NCBI GenBank assembly: GCA_030065585.1
Contig: JASJED010000061.1
Coordinates: 1-39,670 of the forward strand
Reading direction: 5' to 3'
Length of the DNA: 39,670 bases
Origin: Desulfobacterales bacterium
GTDB lineage: Bacteria > Desulfobacterota > Desulfobacteria > Desulfobacterales > UBA5852
The notes below the pieces were generated by a model. It was not told where the DNA came from. It saw only the letters and a list, made by a program, of their open reading frames with translations, and ran no database searches. The position numbers and the translations under genes are program-made. Position 1 is the stretch's first letter. Each line of letters starts with the position of its first letter. Positions 9,579-17,591 of this stretch are shown one piece after another.

Positions 9579-10433
9579 ATGTTCGTCCCTACACCCACAC
9601 CGCAAAACAACGCGCGGCTTAAGTCGCCGGCCGTTTTTCGCGAGCATCTTGGCCGGACCCTGGCATCGGCCAAGGTGCTGGAGGCCGTGCGGGCTGTTGA
9701 TCTTGGGGACCTGAAGGGTTTATCCGTGGTGCTCCTGCCAATCGGCTTGGAACCTTCGCGTTCGGCCAATTCGCCCGAACCCTGCCTGATCTTGAACAAG
9801 CGTTCCCAGCGGGTGCGACAGCCTGGCGACATTTGTTGTCCGGGCGGTGGTGTCGAACCGCGCGTCGACGCCTTCATGGCGCAGCTGCTCCGCCTGCCGG
9901 GTTCGCCCTTGAGAAGCTGGCGCCACTATACCCGCTGGCGGTATGATCACCCGCGTGAACTGCGCCGCCTCCACCTTCTCCTGGCCACCGCCCTGCGCGA
10001 GGGGCTGGAGGAAATGCGCCTGAATCCGCTGACCGTGCGTTTCATGGGGTGCCTGCCTTCCGAGCATCTGGTCATGTTTCGCCGGGTAATTCATCCCCTC
10101 GTGGTTTGGGTAAACCGCCAGCGGCACTTCCATCCCAACTGGGAAGTCGAAAGGGTGGTGAAAATTCCGCTGCGGTCATTGTTAAATCCGGGCCACTATA
10201 TCTGCTATCGTCTTTCGATGCCCTGGCGCCACACGCACGAAGCTGGCGGTGGCCGGCTCGATTTTCCGGCTTTTCGTTTGGCGACCGATCAGGGGATCGA
10301 AATTTTATGGGGGGCCACCTACCGGATCGTGATGAGCTTTCTGAGGCAGGTGTTGGGGTTTACGGCGCCCGGCCTCGAAACCTTGGATGTGGTCGAACGT
10401 GAGTTAACGCCGCAATACATGACCGGTGGCTGA
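9579..10433 (+). CDS. Nudix-like hydrolase, CoA-pyrophosphatase-like, with a split Nudix box
   Basis: The stretch SVVLLPIG...CLILNKRSQRVRQPGDICCPGGGVEP resembles the NudL/CoA pyrophosphatase core. REGLEEMRL resembles the RE-x2-EE part of the Nudix box. The start is uncertain: the track gives TTG at 9531 and the first ATG is at 9579. Confidence 0.55.
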   Translation: MFVPTPTPQNNARLKSPAVFREHLGRTLASAKVLEAVRAVDLGDLKGLSVVLLPIGLEPSRSANSPEPCLILNKRSQRVRQPGDICCPGGGVEPRVDAFMAQLLRLPGSPLRSWRHYTRWRYDHPRELRRLHLLLATALREGLEEMRLNPLTVRFMGCLPSEHLVMFRRVIHPLVVWVNRQRHFHPNWEVERVVKIPLRSLLNPGHYICYRLSMPWRHTHEAGGGRLDFPAFRLATDQGIEILWGATYRIVMSFLRQVLGFTAPGLETLDVVERELTPQYMTGG

Positions 10434-10445
10434 AGGAGACGGTCC

Positions 10446-11255
10446 ATGCAATTTGGGGCCATGAACTATCCCATTCGCCCGGTTCGGGAAGAAATTGACA
10501 CCTTCGGCGCCATGGGTTTCGACTATATCGAACTGGCCATGGATCCCCCCGAAGCCCATCATGAAAACCTGCGGGCCCAATCCGAGGCCATTCAAGAAGG
10601 CCTCGCCCGTCACCAGATGGGGTTGATCTGCCATCTGCCGACCTTCGTTTCCACTGCCGATCTGACCGCGAGTATCCGCAGCGCCTCACGGCGTGAAATC
10701 CGGGCCTCCATCGAAGTGGCCGCCCGGCTGGGTGCCCGACGGGCCGTTCTGCACCCGAGCTACATGAACGGGATGGCGTGCAACGTGCCGGCGCTCTACG
10801 AGGGCTATGCGCGTGAAAGTCTGGCCGAAGCCGTCCGCTGCGCCGCGCATGAGGGGATCGATCTGTGTCTTGAAAATCTGTTTCCCCAGTTGACCCCCTT
10901 TGGCGCTATGGATGACTGGGATCGATGTTTCGCTTGCCATCCTCAGCTGGGTCTGACCCTGGACATCGGTCATGCCAATATCGGACCGGACGGTATGATG
11001 CGCATTCTGACTTTTATCCGACGGTTTAAGGGGCGGTTGCGGCACGTCCATGTCAGCGACAACCTTGGCTGCCGGGACGACCACCTGCCGGTGGGGGAAG
11101 GCCAAATTGACTTTCCGGCGGTCGCGGCAGCCCTGAACCAGATCGGCTATCAAGAAGGCCTAACGCTTGAGATTTTCACCCATAACCGCGATGATCTGGT
11201 GCGCAGCCGGGATCGCATGGCGGCGATGCTCGCATCGGCGGGCGGAAGATCTTGA
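10446..11255 (+). CDS. Sugar phosphate isomerase/epimerase (xylose isomerase-like TIM barrel)
   Basis: 269 aa. AAGGAG lies upstream of the ATG. Typical AP-endonuclease-2/TIM-barrel motifs are present (GFDYIEL, VLHP, CLENL, LDIGHAN, HVSDN). Confidence 0.85.
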   Translation: MQFGAMNYPIRPVREEIDTFGAMGFDYIELAMDPPEAHHENLRAQSEAIQEGLARHQMGLICHLPTFVSTADLTASIRSASRREIRASIEVAARLGARRAVLHPSYMNGMACNVPALYEGYARESLAEAVRCAAHEGIDLCLENLFPQLTPFGAMDDWDRCFACHPQLGLTLDIGHANIGPDGMMRILTFIRRFKGRLRHVHVSDNLGCRDDHLPVGEGQIDFPAVAAALNQIGYQEGLTLEIFTHNRDDLVRSRDRMAAMLASAGGRS

Positions 11256-11354
11256 CGGTCGACATCCGGGCATCGCATCGATTTCGTTGCGGGAACGTAT
11301 TGACGCATGCCCGGCGGGGGGATGCAACTCATGGGCACCTATACGGCGATCTTT

Positions 11355-12065
11355 TCAGAATGAAACACCCATTTGACGAAGCTCGGCGGTGATCAGGGCG
11401 GCCCAGCCACGGTTGGCCTTGGGATTGGCCGGACTCGGGTGGGTCAGTTGGCCGGTAGCGATTCCCAGATCATCCGCGGCGACGGCCACGCGCTGGGCGG
11501 CAAAGGCCCCGATCCCGATAGCCAATTGGGGTTGGAAGTGTTGCAGGGTTCGTCGCAGGGCCTGGTCACAAACGGCCAGCAAGGGGCGTTTCTCAGCCAC
11601 CGGCAGTTTGTCCGGGGTGCGGTTGCGGCCCCCGTTTTCCATGAACATCAGCGGGCAGTAGTTGGCCACGAAAAAACGTTTGAAAAAAGCCTGCGGCGTT
11701 TCAAAGGTTTCCGCGGCCCAGCCCCACAAACGGCGGCCGCTGACCTCGCTGCGCGGACAGGCGAAACCCCGCACGGGCCGCCGGGGGTGCTCATGGGCCG
11801 GCCGACCCACCGGCCCGCCAAGACCCATCCAATCCCGGACATAGGTGACTTCACCAAAGGGAATCCCGGTCTGGGCCATACCCCAGGGGCCGGGGTTCAT
11901 ACCCACCAGCAGCACCTGTTTGGGGCGGCGTCCGAAGCGGCGCAGGTATCGATCGTAGGTTGGACGGGCGTATTGCAGTGGATTGTAGACGTGCGTCACC
12001 GGGGTCGCAAATACCAGGCCGTCCAGGCTGTGAACCAAATCATCGGTAATGCGCTTTAAACTCAA
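11355..12065 (-). CDS. Uracil-DNA glycosylase, family 3 (SMUG1-type)
   Basis: Motif 1 is GMNPGPWGMAQTGIPFG and motif 2 is HPSPANP, both characteristic of the SMUG1 family. The ORF is 236 aa. Confidence 0.85.
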   Translation of the reverse strand: MSLKRITDDLVHSLDGLVFATPVTHVYNPLQYARPTYDRYLRRFGRRPKQVLLVGMNPGPWGMAQTGIPFGEVTYVRDWMGLGGPVGRPAHEHPRRPVRGFACPRSEVSGRRLWGWAAETFETPQAFFKRFFVANYCPLMFMENGGRNRTPDKLPVAEKRPLLAVCDQALRRTLQHFQPQLAIGIGAFAAQRVAVAADDLGIATGQLTHPSPANPKANRGWAALITAELRQMGVSF

Positions 12066-12206
12066 AGGCCGGTTGTCCTTTTAGCAGGGCGCGATTGGGC
12101 CGTCGGCTGCCGGCGGCGCAATCGTTAGGGCCGGTTCGGTTGGTTTGCTGGCTCAGGGACGCGCGGGATCTTGTCGCAATGAAGCGCCGACGGTGCTCAA
12201 GGATCC

Positions 12207-12728
12207 TCACGGCAATTGCCCCAGAATCTGCGGCAGCAGATGCTCGCGGTTTTCCCATGCCATCTCCAGCAAGGTGACATCCCAGCGTGCCTTGACCTCG
12301 GTGATGAAGCCACCGCCGCGTTGGGCCACGGTGGCGACCACCGGGGTTTCCGAGGCCAGGGCCTTCTGGACCACATGCCGGAAAGCCGCCGAAAAGCATT
12401 CCATCTTGCCGATTTCGTCGATCACGATCAGATGCGTTGACGGCTTCAGCCAGTCCAGCTTCGGAATGAAGCGATCCAGAACATCGATGTCCACGCCGTA
12501 TTTGCCCACCCGAAAAGGGCTGCGGATGTCGATATGCGCCAAAACGGCCCGCTCGCCGTTGAGGCCTACCAACGTGAACCCCTGGCGCTTGCCCGCCTGG
12601 CGAATTTCTTCCGTGTAAAACCCGGCGATGCGCTGATCCGCATAGGCGTTGCAGATGTTGCGGACCAGTGTGGTCTTCCCAATACCGGGAGGGCCGGTAA
12701 TCAGGATATTGGCCGTGACATTCATCAT
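12207..12728 (-). CDS. THEP1-type nucleoside-triphosphatase (P-loop NTPase)
   Basis: 173 aa. Walker A is ITGPPGIGKTT and Walker B is LIVIDEIGKME. The size and layout match the THEP1/NTPase family. Confidence 0.8.
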   Translation of the reverse strand: MMNVTANILITGPPGIGKTTLVRNICNAYADQRIAGFYTEEIRQAGKRQGFTLVGLNGERAVLAHIDIRSPFRVGKYGVDIDVLDRFIPKLDWLKPSTHLIVIDEIGKMECFSAAFRHVVQKALASETPVVATVAQRGGGFITEVKARWDVTLLEMAWENREHLLPQILGQLP

Positions 12729-12995
12729 GATTCTCCGGGCAGTTTGGTTAACGGATGCGGGCGGACGTCAAGGTCGGCGAACCTCCCGTCCGCGCCTGGC
12801 AGCTAAAACGGATGCTTCGGCGGACGGCGGCTCGGGCGTTGTCTATAGCACGGTTGATGAACCGACGAAAGGGGGCTGTGATGGTTCCGCAGATCGGGGG
12901 GGTGTTCGATGTTCGCGGCCCCGCTGTTTACGTCAACGGACAGAGCGGCTATAAAGGCCTGCGCTGCACGATGCGAAATCTGGGAATGACACGCC

Positions 12996-13823
12996 ATGCC
13001 CCTGCCGAAGTCTAAACTCGTTGTCATCAAACCGGGCGCCTTGGGTGACACCCTGCTGCTGGCGCCGGGATTGCGGGCCTTGCGCGAATCACACCCTGGG
13101 CTCTGGATTACCGTCGTGGGCAGCGCTCCCGCCATCGATCTGCTCGCCTATTTCGGGGTGGCCGATGAAGTGATCGCCATCGATCGATTGAATCTGTTCG
13201 CGCCCTCGGAAACCGAATTCAAGATGATGCATGGGACGCAGGTGCTGACCTTCATACCGCTGGACGGCAAGGTCGTCCGGCATCTGATCGACATCGCCCG
13301 ACCGGCCAAGATCACCTTGCGACCATCACGCGCGACGCATCCCGTTCGGCACACGGCGGTTCATCTGCATCGGTGTCTGAGGGCCTGTTTTCCGCAGATC
13401 GCCGAGCTCTCCACGGCGCCCATGCAATGTCCAGGCGATGCGCGGCCGGCGCACACGGCGCCATTTGCCATCCTGGCTCCTGGTGCGGGGGCGGAAGCCA
13501 AACGGGCGCCGATGGCACTTTTCCTAACAGCCGCCCGGAAAATGGCCCGTCGGGGCGTTCAACCGATCTTTATCGCCGGTGAGGTTGAAATAGAAAAAGG
13601 GTTGATCCGCCATTACCCTGACACCTACAAATGCTTACTGAATCCCGAGCTGAAACAGCTGGCGGTCCTTTTGCAGCGCGCGGAAGCCGTTTTCGCCAAC
13701 GACAGCGGTCCCGCCCATCTGGCCGGATTGCTCGGCACCGTTACCACGGTTTTTTTTGGTCCGACCGACCCTTCGATCTGGCGGCCGTGGGGCCCCCGTG
13801 TAATTATTAATATATTTAATTAA
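12996..13823 (+). CDS. Glycosyltransferase family 9 (heptosyltransferase-like), short C-terminus
   Basis: The N-terminal motif is VVIKPGALGDTLLLAPGLRAL and the C-terminal motif is ANDSGPAHLAGLLG...FGPTDP. The ORF ends (RVIINIFN*) inside an A/T-only island. Confidence 0.8.
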   Translation: MPLPKSKLVVIKPGALGDTLLLAPGLRALRESHPGLWITVVGSAPAIDLLAYFGVADEVIAIDRLNLFAPSETEFKMMHGTQVLTFIPLDGKVVRHLIDIARPAKITLRPSRATHPVRHTAVHLHRCLRACFPQIAELSTAPMQCPGDARPAHTAPFAILAPGAGAEAKRAPMALFLTAARKMARRGVQPIFIAGEVEIEKGLIRHYPDTYKCLLNPELKQLAVLLQRAEAVFANDSGPAHLAGLLGTVTTVFFGPTDPSIWRPWGPRVIINIFN

Positions 13824-13865
13824 TAAATATAACAAATATATAAATAATAAAATTTAAAGTAAAAA
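13801..13865. other. Almost pure A/T island (65 nt, only 2 G/C)
   Basis: The sequence is taattattaatatatttaattaataaatataacaaatatataaataataaaatttaaagtaaaaa. It is embedded in DNA of about 60% GC. It covers the GT9 stop codon and the whole GT9-rsmF spacer. Confidence 0.9.
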
Positions 13866-15317
13866 ATGAATAATTTACTGGCGCGTTACCACCCCATTAT
13901 CGATGACCCCCGAGCATTTGACCTGGTAACGTCACGGTCCCTTGATCGATTTCTATGGGTCAACGAATTGCGCTGTGAAGTCGATGCGTTGCGGCGAATG
14001 CTCGTCCAGTCCGGATTCGAAGTCCATCGACTTCCCTGGCATGCCCCGGCCCTGCGCCTGACCGGTGCCGCCGAAGGATTGGGCCGCCACTGGGCCTATC
14101 GCGCCGGGCTCTTCCAGGTTCAGGAAGCCAGTTCCATGATTCCGGTCCTGGTCTTGAATCCGCAGCCGGGTGAGCGAATTCTGGACCTCTGTGCGGCGCC
14201 CGGCAACAAGACCGCCCAGATGGCCATGGCCTTGAAAAACCGGGGGACGGTCGTATCCAACGATATTGTCGGCCAGCGCCAGCGGGCCACGCGAATGATC
14301 CTGGATCGACTGGGGCTGCTGAACGTGTCTTTGACATGCCTGGACGGTGTCAACTACCCGCGGCGCGCCGGCGTGTTCGATGCCGTGCTGGTGGATGCGC
14401 CCTGCACCTGCGAGGGGACTTCGCGCCGCCATCCCGAGCGGTGTTGGCGCGAAGATCCGCCCTATCGTCAGAAAGCCGCCAAACAGAAACTGCTGCTGCG
14501 GCAGGCCATTCGACGCTGCGCCCAGGGCGGGCGCATCGTCTATAGCACCTGCACCTATGCCCCCGAGGAAAATGAGGCCGTGATCGACGCGGTGATGAAG
14601 GAATGGCCCGATGCGGTGCGCCTGCTCCCGACGCACCTGCCGCATTTGCATTCCGCGCCGGGCCTTACCCGATGGCAGGACGCCCGCTTCCATCGCGACC
14701 TGGTCAACAGCATGCGCATCTGGCCCCATCACAACGATACGGGCGGTTTTTTTGTGGCCCTGATGGAAAAGACGGCGGCGACTTCGCCCCATTCGGCCCG
14801 CACACCCCGCCTCGGCCATGCGGCGCCGAGCGCCGTCTCCAGCGACGGGTGGCGCCGGCTGGACGCCGCCGATCCGGTATTGGTCGAGATCCGGCGACGC
14901 TTCGGGTTACCGGTCGATGCCTTCACCGGATTGCTGGTGATGCGCCGCAACAGACGTGAAATATGGGCGACGACGCCCGATCACCGCCCGCCGGTCGTTA
15001 CCAAACCGTCCATGGGCCTGCCGTTCATTCGGGTGGGCAACCGCTACCCTAAATTGACCACGGCGGCGGCCATGCTCATCGGTCGTTCGGCCACCCGCAA
15101 TCGACTTGATCTTCGCCCTGATCAATTGGAAGCCTATCTGGCCCGTCGTCATTTTTCGCTGGCGGACGATCAAAATAAATTGAAATCAGGTGGTTATGCC
15201 TTGGTCCGCTACCAGGGCCACCCCTTGGGCATCGGTTGCTGGCACGCTGCCTCCGGTAGGGTCGAAAGTCTGTATCCTAAAAATGTGGCCGTCGATACGG
15301 GCCATCTCATCCTCTGA
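13866..15317 (+). CDS. rsmF: 16S rRNA m5C methyltransferase, RsmF-like (RsmB/NOP family)
   Basis: 483 aa. Motifs present are GLFQVQEASSM, DLCAAPGNKT, DAPCTCEGTSRR, YSTCT...EENEAV and GGFFVAL. The C-terminal PUA-like tail (QGHPLGIG) matches that of RsmF. Confidence 0.8.
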   Translation: MNNLLARYHPIIDDPRAFDLVTSRSLDRFLWVNELRCEVDALRRMLVQSGFEVHRLPWHAPALRLTGAAEGLGRHWAYRAGLFQVQEASSMIPVLVLNPQPGERILDLCAAPGNKTAQMAMALKNRGTVVSNDIVGQRQRATRMILDRLGLLNVSLTCLDGVNYPRRAGVFDAVLVDAPCTCEGTSRRHPERCWREDPPYRQKAAKQKLLLRQAIRRCAQGGRIVYSTCTYAPEENEAVIDAVMKEWPDAVRLLPTHLPHLHSAPGLTRWQDARFHRDLVNSMRIWPHHNDTGGFFVALMEKTAATSPHSARTPRLGHAAPSAVSSDGWRRLDAADPVLVEIRRRFGLPVDAFTGLLVMRRNRREIWATTPDHRPPVVTKPSMGLPFIRVGNRYPKLTTAAAMLIGRSATRNRLDLRPDQLEAYLARRHFSLADDQNKLKSGGYALVRYQGHPLGIGCWHAASGRVESLYPKNVAVDTGHLIL

Positions 15318-15535
15318 TGACAATAGTCTCACACTTAATAATAGTTATTCCTAATATTAGAAATTAATTACCCATTAAGAAAAAAAATACAGCCATTTTT
15401 GTCCATATCTTGTGGTTTCAAACCGATATAATCCCAATATGTGGTTGCATGGTTTTTGCAAACTAATCGAACGAGTTCGCGATTCAGGCTGTTCAGCATT
15501 ATTCGTGGTCCGGCCCAACCCTTCAGGATGCGACC

Positions 15536-15940
15536 ATGGCACAAATCATTCCTTACCCGCAAAAGACCCATATCCTGATTGTCGAAGACGACTGGGTGAT
15601 GCGCGAGGTGCTGCAAGAGCATTTCCTCAGTCAACCCAACTGCCGTCTCTCGACATTCAATGATCTTGGGCAGGCCCTGTATTTCCTGCATTTGGACTGC
15701 GGCGCCCGATTGATTCTCAGCAATATCAATCCCGGGGGCCACGGGGAGATCAGTTTGGCGGGACCGCAGCTAAGGGGAAATCACTGCGAAGTCGTTCTGA
15801 CCAGCGGTTACAGTACGGAGGCCGACCGGTTTCATGCCTTTGACGCCGGACGGGACGTCTATCGCATCCAACCCCTGCGTTTCGACGCCCTCTGCCGCAT
15901 GATGCGTGTCGGCGCGCAGGCATGCTCCTATCCCCGATAG
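15536..15940 (+). CDS. Receiver-domain-like protein with substituted phospho-acceptor site (pseudo-receiver)
   Basis: HILIVEDD is beta1 with the acidic pair. RLILSNINPGG sits where DxxLLDxxMPG is expected. VVLTSGY is present. YRIQP sits where the conserved KP is expected. Confidence 0.65.
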   Translation: MAQIIPYPQKTHILIVEDDWVMREVLQEHFLSQPNCRLSTFNDLGQALYFLHLDCGARLILSNINPGGHGEISLAGPQLRGNHCEVVLTSGYSTEADRFHAFDAGRDVYRIQPLRFDALCRMMRVGAQACSYPR

Positions 15941-16079
15941 ATCCAACAATCCTGCCTTATTTTTCGAGGGAGATTGATCCTCTGCGCCTTGTAAGGGTTG
16001 AACGGCGGGTTCGACGGTTCGCCATTTCGACGCTGTCTGCTTGCCGATGCGCACGAATAACCTGTTGCCGGGCAGGGGG

Positions 16080-16205
16080 TCAGGGGCGTTCCGGTGAGGT
16101 GAGTGCCTCAAACATTTCGGCGGGTGCACCACAAACCGGGCAGCGGTAAGGCGGGGCCGGGCCGTCGTGGATATAGCCGCAGATGATGCAGCGCCAGCGT
16201 TTCAT
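16080..16205 (-). CDS. Rubredoxin-like zinc-ribbon small protein (41 aa), not in ORF track
   Basis: My own translation gives MKRWRCIICGYIHDGPAPPYRCPVCGAPAEMFEALTSPERP*. The two CxxC knuckles, spaced as CIICGY...CPVCGAP..F, match rubredoxin or the rubrerythrin C-terminal domain. Its ATG (16205-16203) overlaps the upstream gene's TGA (16204-16202) as ATGA. Confidence 0.6.
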   Translation of the reverse strand: MKRWRCIICGYIHDGPAPPYRCPVCGAPAEMFEALTSPERP

Positions 16206-17026
16206 TGTTGCTCCGCCTGTTGGTCAAATTGATCCAACAAATCCTCCCAGTTTTTGACAAAGCGGGCGTCGGCCTGCGCTTCAAAACTAAAACGCCGCGC
16301 GCAATGCTTCTTTGCGGCGCTGACCACGGCCGGCGAGCCCACGACGGCGTAAAGCCGGACCCCGCGCCGCTCGAGTCGGGCGAATTGATCGCGATCCTTG
16401 CCCACCAAAACGGCGCTCTCCGGAAAGTTTTTGGTGCGGATCAATTCGCGCGCCGCTGTTTTTCCAATCATACCGCACAGGTAGACGATCGTATAGCTCT
16501 CGGCCATCTGCTGCATGACGCGCTGGGCGACCGCATCGCGTTGGCTGACCAGCGCGCGCCAGGCAAGCGCTTCCACTTCGAAAAGGACGGTGGGGGCGGA
16601 TGGCGCGATGACCATGAGGCGCCCCTCGGCCTGGCCCGCCTCCGTTCGAGCTGTAATCGTAAAATCACCGGCCGTCGTTGCCGTATATTGGAGGAAACCA
16701 TAGCCATCCGCCCCGGTTAGCACATCTCCGACCTTTTGGGCGTCGATCCAGAATGTGCCCCGGACACCGCCCATGGCCAAGAGGCCGCGATGGGTGCGTA
16801 GTTTCAGGTAAAAGGGCTTGTTCGCTGTCGTCACTTGATCGAACACGCTGACCCCGGCGGCGGCCTGGGCGGCGGGGAGCAATGCCGTCAAGCACAGGAG
16901 CGAAAGGGCGGTTCGCGTAAGGCTGCGGAGGGCCGCACCGCACAGCGACACCCTGGGATTTGCCGCGTATGGGCCACCGCCCGGCCGGTTCAGCTCGAAT
17001 CGGTGCTTTTTTAGATTCCCCGCCAT
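16202..17026 (-). CDS. Secreted hypothetical protein
   Basis: 274 aa with a signal peptide (LSLLCLTALLPAAQAAAG). I recognise no family motif. Coding is supported by its length, non-shadow composition, and translational coupling to the downstream small ORF. Confidence 0.65.
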   Translation of the reverse strand: MAGNLKKHRFELNRPGGGPYAANPRVSLCGAALRSLTRTALSLLCLTALLPAAQAAAGVSVFDQVTTANKPFYLKLRTHRGLLAMGGVRGTFWIDAQKVGDVLTGADGYGFLQYTATTAGDFTITARTEAGQAEGRLMVIAPSAPTVLFEVEALAWRALVSQRDAVAQRVMQQMAESYTIVYLCGMIGKTAARELIRTKNFPESAVLVGKDRDQFARLERRGVRLYAVVGSPAVVSAAKKHCARRFSFEAQADARFVKNWEDLLDQFDQQAEQQ

Positions 17027-17322
17027 GAGTTATATCGATCTCCATTGCCTGCCAGCGGCAAGCGCGGCCTGACGTTGGGCCCGCAGCTGGCGAACAGGAT
17101 GCCGCCGTTTTGTTTACCGTTAGGGGAATCTAGCCGATTCATCCATCGGATGCAAGACGGTTTCCGCAAAGCCCGCTTAACAACGACCGGTGGATGGCGT
17201 ATGATTGGATAGGCCGCTGCTCAAGAGGCCTTTATACGCGGCCGGACCGGAGGTGGGCGCGCGACCCTCACCGCCCTTTCCGGCCCGGCAAGCCCAACCG
17301 GCGTTTACCAGGGCGGAATACC

Positions 17323-17544
17323 ATGCAAATTGAGGTCGAATGTTACGCTGGCTATCGCGACGAAGAAACCCCCCGCAGCCTTCGGGTCGGCGGGCGACGT
17401 CTGGAGGTGTTGAAGGTCCTGGACCGCTGGCTGGCACCCAGCCACCGCTATTTCAAAGTACAGACCGGCGACGGCGGCATCTGGATCATCCGGCACGACA
17501 CCCAGCGTGACGCCTGGGAGCTGACATTTTTCAAAAACACCTGA
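17323..17544 (+). CDS. Small hypothetical protein (73 aa)
   Basis: The internal ATG at 17323 gives MQIEVECYAGYRDEETPRSL...WELTFFKNT. The 43 aa upstream in the track ORF are R/P-rich and look non-coding. It lies 47 nt upstream of the PAC2 gene. Confidence 0.5.
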   Translation: MQIEVECYAGYRDEETPRSLRVGGRRLEVLKVLDRWLAPSHRYFKVQTGDGGIWIIRHDTQRDAWELTFFKNT

Positions 17545-17591
17545 CTCCGTGGGTTGATTGACATTGGCCAATGCCGGTATGAGGTTAACTA

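Noticed and set aside
13953-14819. 288-aa minus-strand ORF opposite rsmF
   Set aside because: It is an antisense shadow, and the plus frame carries the SAM-methyltransferase motifs. The smaller overlapping ORFs at 13960-14337 and 14120-14353 are rejected for the same reason.
15368-15742. 124-aa minus-strand ORF across the AT-rich spacer and the 5' end of the pseudo-receiver gene
   Set aside because: It runs through a low-GC non-coding spacer and overlaps a plus-strand frame that has receiver-domain motifs. It has no motif of its own.
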